A stretch of DNA of 64,000 nt, from the NCBI GenBank assembly GCA_913056175.1, contig CAJXLM010000004.1:23189-87188 (forward strand), read 5' to 3'. The position numbers and the translations under genes were made by a program. The DNA is from an uncultured Opitutia bacterium (GTDB lineage Bacteria > Verrucomicrobiota > Verrucomicrobiia > Opitutales > Puniceicoccaceae). Below the pieces are notes generated by a model, which was not told the DNA's origin, did not search any database, and saw only the letters and a list, made by a program, of their open reading frames with translations. Below, piece after piece: positions 55,032-63,438 of the stretch. Each line of letters begins with the position of its first letter. Positions within the stretch are counted from its first letter, which is position 1.

Positions 55032-58000
55032 CTATTCCGGCGGGGTGAAGTTCTCGATGTTGCGCTTCACCTCGGTGAGGAAGGAGGCGGAGCCTGCGCC
55101 GTTGATCCAGCGATGGTCGAAGGTGAGGACGAGGCGGACGACTTCCCGGGGTTCGCGGCCTTCCTTGTCGGGGTCGGGTTCGTAGTGGGCGGAACCGACG
55201 AAGAGGGTCGCGATGGAGGGGGGGACGACGATGGGGGTGGCGGACTGGACGTCGTACCGACCCATCGTGGAAAGGGAGACGGGTACCCGGGTCTTCGGTT
55301 GGAAGCGCCCGTTGCGGGTATCGCTGACCGCCTTGCGGAAGGCCTCGTTGAACTCGTACCAGTCCTTGCGGTTGGCGTCGGGCAGAATGGCGGTGGCGAG
55401 CCGGTCGCCGGAGAGGGAGACGGCGATGCCGAGGTCGAAGTCGCCGATCGCCCGGGGCTGCTTGCCCATGAGAAGGGTGTGGGTGAACCCGCGGTGCTTC
55501 TTCATGGCCTGCACGAGGCACCAGGAGAGGATCGCCGACGGGCTGGGGGACTTCATGGTGCCGGCCGCGCGGATGGTGTCGCGGGCCTGGCGGAGCTGGG
55601 CCCACTTCGCCTTCACCATGATGGTCGCGGGGACGAGTCCCTGCATCTGCTGGATGACTTCCGCGGAGAGGCCGGAGGTGTTGGCGATCTCGCCGTTGTC
55701 GGACTCGTACTGGCGGAAGCTGGCGAGGGCCGGGCCGGCAGGGTGGCCGGTCTCGGCGGCATCCGCGCTCGCCTCGGCGGCGGCCGTGTCGAAGGAGCAT
55801 TCGGCGAGGACTTCGCCCACGGCGACTTCGTCCCCGCTCTCGAACTTCCACCCCTCGAGCCGCCCGCTCTCCGGGGCCTCGATGGGGAAGACGGCCTTGT
55901 CGGTCTCCACCTCGCAGAGGGCCTCGTCCGGCTCGAAGCGGTCGCCGGGTTGCTTGAGCAGCTGGAGGAGCCGGGCCCGGGTGATGCCCTCGCCGAGGAC
56001 GGGCACGGTGATGGTCCCCCGGCTGGGGGCCGCGCTGGCGGGCTCGGCCGGACGGAGTATCGGGCCGGACGCGGTGGCTGAGGGGAAGGGTTCGCTGGCC
56101 ATGCCCACCGGGCGGACCGCCTGGATCTGTTGGCGCAGGGCGGTGAGGATCTCCTCGGTGGAGGGGAGGGCGGTGTACTCGTAGGTGGGATGATACCCGA
56201 TGGGGGCGTTGGCCCGGGAAAGGGTCCGGGGGGGAGCCTGCAGGCGCTGCCAGATGTCGGGGGTGCCGATCGTGCGGGCCACGATTTCCTCGCCGATCGA
56301 GCCCGGGGCGGTGTCTTCCTGGACGACGAGGAGCCGGCCGGTCTTGCGGACGGAGTCGAGCACGGTGGTCTCGTCCCACGGCACCACGGTGCGCAGGTCG
56401 ATCAATTCCACGGGACGGTCGTCGCCGAGTTGTTCGATCGCTTCCTCCACGAGCTCGACGCAGTTCCCCCAGGTAACGACGGTGAGCATGTATCCGGTGC
56501 GGCGCACCCGGGCCCGGCCGAGGGGAACGGGGGGCAGTTCGGGGGGGATTTTCCGCTCCTCCCAGAGGAGGTGCTTGGGCAGGAGGAGGAGGACGGGATC
56601 CGTGGCCTGCTGGGCGCTCCAGAGGAGGCCGGCGGCATCCTCGGGGTTGCTGGGGACGGCCACGGTGAGGCCGGGGAGATTGGCGAAGAGGCCGTCGCTG
56701 GAGGAGCTGTGCCAGATGGCGCCGCCCGGAAGGTACGCTCCGTAGGGGGCGTAGATGACCGCGGGACAGGACCAGTCCCCGAAGCTCCGCCAGCGGAGGT
56801 TGGCGAGGTTGTTGGCCAGCTGGTTCCAGCCGGGTCCGATGAAGTCGATGAACTGGATCTCGAAGAAGGGTTTCTTCCCGTAGGAGGCGAGGCCGCAGGC
56901 GAGGCCGAGAATGGTGGATTCGGCGACGGGGGCGTTCATGGCCCGCTCGGGGTCGAGGGTGGACAGCTCGGCGGTCAGGCGGAAGACCCCGCCCTTCGGG
57001 TCGGCGATGTCCTGCCCGTAGAAGAGGCTGTCGCGGTTGCGGCCGAGGACCTCGCGAAAGCTGAGATTGACCGCGTCGAGGAGGCGGGCCTTCTCCCCGA
57101 GCTGCACGGGGGGCGGCTCCGCGACGGGGGGGGCCGGGTCGGTCCGGTGGAGGGTGACCTCGGAGGCTTCCGGGTCATCCTCGCGGCGGGCGTCCGCGTA
57201 GACCTGGCGCACCCTTTCCCGGGTTTCCTGTTCCCGCGCGGCGTAGGCTTCCTCGTCGAGGAGCCCCTCCGCGAGGAGGCGATCCTTCCAGAGGAGGAGG
57301 GGATCCTTGGCCTCCGTCTGGGCGAGGGCTTCCGGGGTGCGGTAGAGACGGTGGTCGTCGGCGCTGGAGTGGCTGGTGGCGCGCTCCACATCGAACCAGA
57401 GAAAGGCGGGGCCCTCACCGGAGCGGGCGTGGGCGATGGCCCGCTCTCCCGCGGCGTGGACTTCTTCCACGGAACTGCCGTCGGCACGCACCCACCGGCT
57501 CTCGTCGAGGAAGCCGAGGGCAAGGGCGTTCGAGTCCCGGTTCAGGGTGCTGATGGCGATCCCGTTGTCCTCCACGACGAAGACCACCGGGAGTTTCTTC
57601 TCGAGCGCGACGAGGGCGGCCTCGAAGAAATCGCCCTGGCGGGAGGAGGCCTCGCCGGTGCTCGCAACCACCACCTGGGGCCGGCTATCGAGCTGGAGGC
57701 CCCAGGCGATCCCGCAGGCGGGAAGGAGGTGCGAGCCGATCGGGGACGGGTGCGACCAGATCCCGAGGCGGCGGGAGCTGAAGTGGCCGGGGAGCTGGCG
57801 GCCCCCGCTGGAGGAGGAGCGCTTCGCGAAGAAGGAGAGGGCCACCTCCCGGGTGCTCAGGCCCCGGGCGAGAACGAGGGCGCGGTCGCGGTAGTAGGGC
57901 GCGAGATAATCCCCCTCCTCGAGGTGGAGGGCGAGGGCGGCCATCGCCTCATGCCCGATCCCCCCGACGTGGAACCAGCCGTGGCCCTGGCGGAGCAGGT

Positions 58001-58106
58001 TTTGCTCGCGGAGGTCGCCCATGCGACTCTCCAGCATCCAGTCGAGAAGTTGCAGGCGGGTGTTCGCATCGAGACCGCCGGGAGCGGTTGTTGCCGGGGT
58101 TGCCAT
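55032..58106 (-). CDS. single-chain 2-oxoacid dehydrogenase: E1-alpha, E1-beta, lipoyl domain and E2 acyltransferase core fused
   Basis: aa ~20-320: E1-alpha with ThDP motif TGEASSRQGDF...VVEDNGIAIS. aa ~340-665: E1-beta (transketolase Pyr plus C-terminal domains: QDIADPKGGVFR, FEIQFIDF, LIDLRTVVPWD). aa ~697-772: lipoyl domain with CEVETDKAVFPIEAP. aa ~812-1024: E2 core ending TFDHRWINGAGSASFL. Confidence 0.85.
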   Translation of the reverse strand: MATPATTAPGGLDANTRLQLLDWMLESRMGDLREQNLLRQGHGWFHVGGIGHEAMAALALHLEEGDYLAPYYRDRALVLARGLSTREVALSFFAKRSSSSGGRQLPGHFSSRRLGIWSHPSPIGSHLLPACGIAWGLQLDSRPQVVVASTGEASSRQGDFFEAALVALEKKLPVVFVVEDNGIAISTLNRDSNALALGFLDESRWVRADGSSVEEVHAAGERAIAHARSGEGPAFLWFDVERATSHSSADDHRLYRTPEALAQTEAKDPLLLWKDRLLAEGLLDEEAYAAREQETRERVRQVYADARREDDPEASEVTLHRTDPAPPVAEPPPVQLGEKARLLDAVNLSFREVLGRNRDSLFYGQDIADPKGGVFRLTAELSTLDPERAMNAPVAESTILGLACGLASYGKKPFFEIQFIDFIGPGWNQLANNLANLRWRSFGDWSCPAVIYAPYGAYLPGGAIWHSSSSDGLFANLPGLTVAVPSNPEDAAGLLWSAQQATDPVLLLLPKHLLWEERKIPPELPPVPLGRARVRRTGYMLTVVTWGNCVELVEEAIEQLGDDRPVELIDLRTVVPWDETTVLDSVRKTGRLLVVQEDTAPGSIGEEIVARTIGTPDIWQRLQAPPRTLSRANAPIGYHPTYEYTALPSTEEILTALRQQIQAVRPVGMASEPFPSATASGPILRPAEPASAAPSRGTITVPVLGEGITRARLLQLLKQPGDRFEPDEALCEVETDKAVFPIEAPESGRLEGWKFESGDEVAVGEVLAECSFDTAAAEASADAAETGHPAGPALASFRQYESDNGEIANTSGLSAEVIQQMQGLVPATIMVKAKWAQLRQARDTIRAAGTMKSPSPSAILSWCLVQAMKKHRGFTHTLLMGKQPRAIGDFDLGIAVSLSGDRLATAILPDANRKDWYEFNEAFRKAVSDTRNGRFQPKTRVPVSLSTMGRYDVQSATPIVVPPSIATLFVGSAHYEPDPDKEGREPREVVRLVLTFDHRWINGAGSASFLTEVKRNIENFTPPE

Positions 58107-58187
58107 GGTCGGGTGGGAGTCTCGACCCGCGCGGGGGGCGGTTCAAGCGGTTTTGGGAGGGGGCCCGGGGCCGCGGGCGGGGTGGGC

Positions 58188-59663
58188 TCAGGAATCCTCG
58201 GTCGGCGCTCGAAAGCGGGAGGCGATGCGCGCGCGGGATTCCTCGTCGGCCACCGGCTCGAACCAGCCGATGGCGCGCTGGAAGCGGAGGAGGTCCTGGA
58301 GAAAGCGGTAGAGCTCGATGGAGGCGGTCTGCCGCTGGACGAGGGCGTTGTTCTGGGCATCGAGCAGGTCGACAATGCTGACGGTGCCCTGCTCGTACTT
58401 GTCCTGTACGATGGTGAGATTGGCCTCGGCTCGTTCCGCCGCGATCCGGGAAAGTTCGATGGACCGGCGCGAGCTCTGCAGGGCGGCAAGGGAATCGCTG
58501 ACTTCGATGGCCTTCTCCTGGCGCAGGCGGGCCTCCTCCCAGGAGATCCGGCGAAGGCCGGCGAGTGCCCCGCGCACCTCGCCCACCCGGCTGAGTCCCT
58601 CGAAGAGGGGAAGGCTGGCGGTGAGGCGGACGGTCCAGCTCTCCTTGTCCCGCTCCCGCCCGATGGTGGTGTAGTCGGCGTCGAGGTTGTACCCGTAGTC
58701 GGCGCTGGCAGTGAGGTCGGGCACGAAGAAGCTCCGCCTCCGCTCGTTGAGGAGGATCCTTTGGCCCTCCGCGGAGGAGCGCAGCGAGGCCAGCTCCGGG
58801 GAGCGGGCCAGCGAAGTGTCAATGCTGGCCCGGCGCAGGGAACGCCAGGACGGTTCGCCCGCCGTGTCCTCTCCCTTCGGGGGGAGGAGGGTGCCGAGAC
58901 TGGTCCGGAAGACCTCGCTCCCCAGGTCGAGGTCGGTGAGCTCCCATTCGGTGTCCGGGGCGAGCCCGAGGGCCCGGTTCAGCCGGTTGGCGGCGGAGTG
59001 GAGGAGGGAGCGCACCCGGAAGAGTTCACTCTCCTGCTGGGCCTCCTCGGACTCGAAACGGAGAACCTCTTCCGGGCCGACGGTGCCCACCTCGTTGCGA
59101 ATCCGGGCGATCTCGAGGTTTTCCTGGGTAATGCGGAGGTTGTCCTCGGCGATCCGCAGGCTGGAGCGGACGGACAAGTACTCGACGTAGGCGAGCCCGG
59201 CGGATGCGAGGACGTCCAACCGGACGGCGTCGTCGGAGGCCCGGGCGGCGGCCTGTTCTTCCCGGCTGGAGCGGAAGGAGGCGAGCTGGCGGTCGTTGAA
59301 GAGGATCTGGCTGGCACGGAGGGCGAGATCCGCGGATTCCTTGGGTGCGGAGCCCGCCTGGACGGCCGGGGCTTCCTCGCGGTTGCGGAGATAGGTGACA
59401 TCGGCCTCCACCTGGGGCAGGAGAGCCCCGCGGGTCTCGGTCACCCGGGCCTCCGCCGCGCGGACGACCTCGCGGCTGATCCGCCGGTCGAAATTGTTTT
59501 CCAGCGCGATCTCCATCGCCCGGGTGAGGTCGAGGGAGCCCGGGGAGGATTCCTCCCCGATCCCGGTGGGCCCGGGAGCCGCCCGGGCGGTCAGCGCGAG
59601 GAGCAGCAGGCCGAGGCCGAGAAGGTTCCGGGTCGACGGAAGGGAGGAGGCGAGAGCCAGCAT
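58188..59663 (-). CDS. TolC-family outer-membrane efflux protein
   Basis: ATG 59663 gives the signal peptide MLALASSLPSTRNLLGLGLLLLALTARA. Two OEP repeats with typical ...L.LE.A...AL.NN.D.....E.V.AAEA.V...RGALLPQV.... An upstream TTG at 59702 is also in frame. Confidence 0.85.
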   Translation of the reverse strand: MLALASSLPSTRNLLGLGLLLLALTARAAPGPTGIGEESSPGSLDLTRAMEIALENNFDRRISREVVRAAEARVTETRGALLPQVEADVTYLRNREEAPAVQAGSAPKESADLALRASQILFNDRQLASFRSSREEQAAARASDDAVRLDVLASAGLAYVEYLSVRSSLRIAEDNLRITQENLEIARIRNEVGTVGPEEVLRFESEEAQQESELFRVRSLLHSAANRLNRALGLAPDTEWELTDLDLGSEVFRTSLGTLLPPKGEDTAGEPSWRSLRRASIDTSLARSPELASLRSSAEGQRILLNERRRSFFVPDLTASADYGYNLDADYTTIGRERDKESWTVRLTASLPLFEGLSRVGEVRGALAGLRRISWEEARLRQEKAIEVSDSLAALQSSRRSIELSRIAAERAEANLTIVQDKYEQGTVSIVDLLDAQNNALVQRQTASIELYRFLQDLLRFQRAIGWFEPVADEESRARIASRFRAPTEDS

Positions 59664-59698
59664 AGGATGCGTAGAGACTAGGACCGGGCGGGAACGGG

Positions 59699-60937
59699 TC
59701 AAGGGGCGGCGGCGAACGCTTCCTCCTCGGTGGCGATGGCCTCGTCGAGGAGGGGTTCAATGGATTGGCGAAAGCGAAAGAATCCGGCGCGGGCGTGCGG
59801 CCAGAGGAGGCGGTCCCACTGGCGACAGAAGGGAACGACCCGATAGCCGGCCTCCCGGAGCGCCTCCCGGATGCCCGCGACTCCGGGAGCGGTCGGCCCG
59901 ACGGGTGCATAGGGCAGCCAGATTTCCTCGAGACGAGCGCGTTGGGCCCAGGCGACCGCGTCCTCCGGCCGGGCTGGCCCGAGGTGGTCCGTGGCGGGCC
60001 CGGAGGCCGGGAGGGCGTCCGCCAGTGCCTGCCGCCGGTACTCGCGCACCGCGGCCACCTCCGGGACCCGGCTCCCTTCTTCCCGTTCCTCAGGGCGGGC
60101 ACCGGCGACCGCGGTCCAGGGCGCCTCGGCAGCCCCGTGGGCGAGGAGCCGACCGAGGCCGAGGTCGTCCGTGGTCAGGAGGAGGCCCCGCCGCGGATTT
60201 CCGGCGAGGGGCGGTGGTGCGGGCGGGAGGGGGAGGTCCGTGCGGGCGGGCCGCTCCACGCCGGAGGGGGTCGGCGCGTCCTCCACGAGTTGATCGGCGG
60301 GATGGAATCTCCCGCGGGTGTAGCGCCGGATGTTCTCGGCGCGGGCGAGGTAGTGCTTGCCGGGCGTTTGCAGCCCGGCCACCCAGCGCCAGCCGAGGGT
60401 GTTCGACGCGGCGTCCCCGTCGTAGAGCTCCCGCAGGAAGAGGTCCGCCCCGAGGGTCCACGGCAACCGGAGGGTGAAGATCCAGATGCTCGCGAACCAC
60501 ATGCGGGCGTGGTTGTGCAGGTAGTGGTGCCGCCGCAGCTCCGCGACCCAGGCGTCGAAGCAACCGATCCCGGTCTCCCCGTCGAGGGCCCGGCGGTAGG
60601 AGTCATGGTCCTCCCAGTCCCGCGCGTCGCGGTCCCGCGCGTCGAGGTAGTCGGCCCAGACTTGCGGGCGCATCTCCAGCCACCCTTTCCAGTAGGTCCG
60701 CCAGACTACCTCCTGCACGAATTTCTCGACGCGGGCATGGGGAAACCGCGCGAGGACGGCGGCGCAAACCTCCGCCTCACTGAGGAGGCGGTGGCGGAGG
60801 TAGGGCGAGAGGAGGGAGACGTTCGACCGGTCCTCCGGGCCGCGGTCCTCGTTGCGGGTGCGGGCGTAGGCGGCCGCGTGGGGCAGGAATTCCTGCAGGC
60901 GGGCGAGGCCGGCGGATCGTTGGGGAGGGAGGTCCAT
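59699..60937 (-). CDS. photolyase/cryptochrome-related FAD-binding-domain protein (domain order atypical)
   Basis: The N-terminal half carries photolyase C-terminal-domain motifs (SLLSPYLRHRLLS, ETGIGCFDAWVAELRRHHYLHNHARMWFASIW, LYDGDAASNTLGWRWVAG). The C-terminal ~160 aa resembles the alpha/beta N-terminal photolyase domain. Confidence 0.75.
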   Translation of the reverse strand: MDLPPQRSAGLARLQEFLPHAAAYARTRNEDRGPEDRSNVSLLSPYLRHRLLSEAEVCAAVLARFPHARVEKFVQEVVWRTYWKGWLEMRPQVWADYLDARDRDARDWEDHDSYRRALDGETGIGCFDAWVAELRRHHYLHNHARMWFASIWIFTLRLPWTLGADLFLRELYDGDAASNTLGWRWVAGLQTPGKHYLARAENIRRYTRGRFHPADQLVEDAPTPSGVERPARTDLPLPPAPPPLAGNPRRGLLLTTDDLGLGRLLAHGAAEAPWTAVAGARPEEREEGSRVPEVAAVREYRRQALADALPASGPATDHLGPARPEDAVAWAQRARLEEIWLPYAPVGPTAPGVAGIREALREAGYRVVPFCRQWDRLLWPHARAGFFRFRQSIEPLLDEAIATEEEAFAAAP

Positions 60938-61051
60938 CCCCGCAGGAGGAAGGCGACGGTGGATCCGGGCAAACGGTCGGGCCGGATTCCGGGAACGGAG
61001 AAGCGGTGGCGCGGTCTTGCCGCGGCCGCCCTCCGCTGGCAGTCAGTCCTC

Positions 61052-61309
61052 ATGCGCGCACCTCTCCTCGCCGCACTCCTCCTGCGGGTGGCGGGTCTTC
61101 TTCTGGTCGTCTTCGGGCTGGTCCGGCTCGTGGCCGGGGTCGTGGGCTCGTGGGGGCGGATCGACCTGATCTACTGGGAAACCTTCCTCCGCACGGTGGT
61201 CCTTCCCCCGGCTCTCTGGGTTTTCGCGGGGCTCCTTCTCGGGCTCCTCGCGAGGCGCGTGGGACGGTGGATCGGCCGTGGCCTGGAGGGGAATTCACCG
61301 GAAGCATGA
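61052..61309 (+). CDS. small hypothetical membrane protein (2 TM)
   Basis: 85 aa: MRAPLLAALLLRVAGLLLVVFGLVRLV...VVLPPALWVFAGLLLGLLA. Its stop overlaps the next gene's ATG (ATGA). Confidence 0.4.
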   Translation: MRAPLLAALLLRVAGLLLVVFGLVRLVAGVVGSWGRIDLIYWETFLRTVVLPPALWVFAGLLLGLLARRVGRWIGRGLEGNSPEA

Positions 61310-63387
61310 AGCGGCGGCTCGCGGCCGCCTGTCTGGGGCTCCTGCTGGCCGTGCTGGCTGGCTGTGGGCGGGAGCCCACCCGCCCGGACGCGCCCCGCGA
61401 GGCCCTGCTGGCCGAACTGGCGGCGGAGCTGGATCCCACGGTCCCGGGGCTGGGGGAATTTTTCCGGCTCTGGGGGGAGGGACGGGCCGAGGCGGCCGAG
61501 AGGTCCCTGCTCGCCTACTTCCGGCGGCAACCCGTGCCGGAGGAGCTCCTCTCGCCGCTGCCGCCGCCGGATGCTTACGCGCTCCAGCGGGCGGAGGAGG
61601 CGCTGGCCGGGGTGTTCCGCTTCCAGGGGGTCCGTGGGGAGGCGCGGGAGGAGGATGGGACGATCGACTGGTCGGCACGCGGGCCCCGCAACGACCGGGA
61701 ATGGACTTGGTTCCTCCATCGCCACGGGTACTTCCGGCACCTCCTCAGCCAGCACGAGGCCTACGGGCGCCCGGCGATGGTCGAGGGCATCGGGACGATC
61801 CTCCTCGACTGGTTCTGGCAGCATCCCCCGCCGGAGGGCATGAGTTTTTCCGGGGCGTGGCGGGCTCTCGAGGTGGCCCGACGCTCGGTGGAGGCGTGGT
61901 TGCCGGTCTACGCCTATCTCCGCGAGGATCCTGCGCTGGGGAACGAGGCTCTCCTCGCGCTGCTGGTGGGAGTGGCCCGGCACGCCGAGTATTTGCGCGA
62001 GCACCACCACTTTGGGGGGAACCATCTCGTGACGGAAATGGCGGCCCTCGCCACGCTCGGGGCGGTCTGGCCGGAGTTTCGCGAGGCGGCCGCATGGAGG
62101 GCCTACGCGGCCGCCCGGGGAGAGGAAGCGCTCGCCGAACAGGTCTACCCGGACGGGGCCTACGCGGAGCTGGCCAACCACTACCAGTGGATCGCCGGCC
62201 AGTCCTTTCAGCGATTGGAGAACGCGCTGGCGGTGGGCGCTCCGGGGGAAGCCGGGAAGGGGCTCCGCGAGGGGCTCGAGGCGGTCTGGGACTACTACGC
62301 CGGCGTGGTGCGTCCCTCGGGCACGGGCCCGCTCAACAATGACTCCGACCTCGAACCCAACGCCCGGCAGCTCCGTCCGCTGGCCGACCGCTATGAGCGG
62401 CCGGACTGGGCCTACATCGCCTCGGGGGGCGAGGAGGGCCGGCGTCCCGCGGGACCTCCCGGCCGCCGCTACCCGTGGGCGGGGCAGGCGGTCCTCCGCT
62501 CGGGGTGGCAGCCCGGGGCCGACTGGCTCTTCTTCGATGCGGGACCCTTCGGCAGCGCCCACCAGCACGCCGACCGCCTGCACCTCTCGGCGGCCCTCGG
62601 GGGGCGCGACTACCTGGTCGATTCGGGCCGGTACGTGTACCGGGACGACTCCTGGTCCCGTTTCTTCCGGAGCCCGGCGGCCCACAACGTGCCCCTTTTC
62701 GATCGGCACGAGCGGGTCCTTCCCGACCGGCGCGCGGCGCGCCCGAACGAGGACTTCGCGGTGGTCGAGGGTCCTTACCCGCGCGCCTGGGGCCGGACCC
62801 CGCTGCGGGATCCGGACACCGGGGCGTGGACGGGCGAACACCGGCGGGCGGTGGTCCTCGGCAACGGCTGGGTCTGGGTGGTCGACGAGGTGCATCTCGC
62901 CCGGCCGGATCGGGTCCGCTTCCGCTGGGGCTGGCACCCGGCTTGGGCGCTGCGGGCGGTCGACGGGGGGGAGGAGCCGCTCTGGCGGGTGATGCCGGCG
63001 GGCGGCGAAGGGGATGAGCCGGCCGCCTTCTGGCAGGGGGCCGCCCCGTTCCCGCCTGCGGGGGGAGTCCGGCGAATCCGCGGCGAGGAACTCCCCCGGA
63101 TGCAGGGATGGTACAGCGCCCAGTACAACCAGCGGCGGGCCAATGCCGTCCTGCTCTTTCCCTACGATCTGCCGGCGGGCGTCCACCGCTTTTCCTGGTT
63201 GCTTGTCGAGGGGTCCACCTCCCGGCCTGCCATGGAGCGGGGCCCGGGGGGCGCTTTCCACCTGCGTACCGCTTCGCGCGCCGGGCCAGGGGAAGAACTG
63301 GTGCTGGAGTGGAGGGACGATGCGCGGGTGCCTCGCTGGTCGGTGCGCCCGGCGCGCGCCCCCGCAGGCCGCGCGGGGGGAGACTGA
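61306..63387 (+). CDS. heparinase II/III-family (alginate-lyase-like) lipoprotein
   Basis: Lipobox LLAVLAGC. (alpha/alpha) toroid region with WRALEVARR, GGNHLVTEMAAL and YPDGAYAELANHYQ. C-terminal beta-sandwich with GSAHQHADRLHLS. Confidence 0.8.
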   Translation: MKRRLAAACLGLLLAVLAGCGREPTRPDAPREALLAELAAELDPTVPGLGEFFRLWGEGRAEAAERSLLAYFRRQPVPEELLSPLPPPDAYALQRAEEALAGVFRFQGVRGEAREEDGTIDWSARGPRNDREWTWFLHRHGYFRHLLSQHEAYGRPAMVEGIGTILLDWFWQHPPPEGMSFSGAWRALEVARRSVEAWLPVYAYLREDPALGNEALLALLVGVARHAEYLREHHHFGGNHLVTEMAALATLGAVWPEFREAAAWRAYAAARGEEALAEQVYPDGAYAELANHYQWIAGQSFQRLENALAVGAPGEAGKGLREGLEAVWDYYAGVVRPSGTGPLNNDSDLEPNARQLRPLADRYERPDWAYIASGGEEGRRPAGPPGRRYPWAGQAVLRSGWQPGADWLFFDAGPFGSAHQHADRLHLSAALGGRDYLVDSGRYVYRDDSWSRFFRSPAAHNVPLFDRHERVLPDRRAARPNEDFAVVEGPYPRAWGRTPLRDPDTGAWTGEHRRAVVLGNGWVWVVDEVHLARPDRVRFRWGWHPAWALRAVDGGEEPLWRVMPAGGEGDEPAAFWQGAAPFPPAGGVRRIRGEELPRMQGWYSAQYNQRRANAVLLFPYDLPAGVHRFSWLLVEGSTSRPAMERGPGGAFHLRTASRAGPGEELVLEWRDDARVPRWSVRPARAPAGRAGGD

Positions 63388-63438
63388 AGGTGGGAAGGGA
63401 TTTGCAGAGAGGGGCGGAGGGGATTTGGATGGAAGGGC

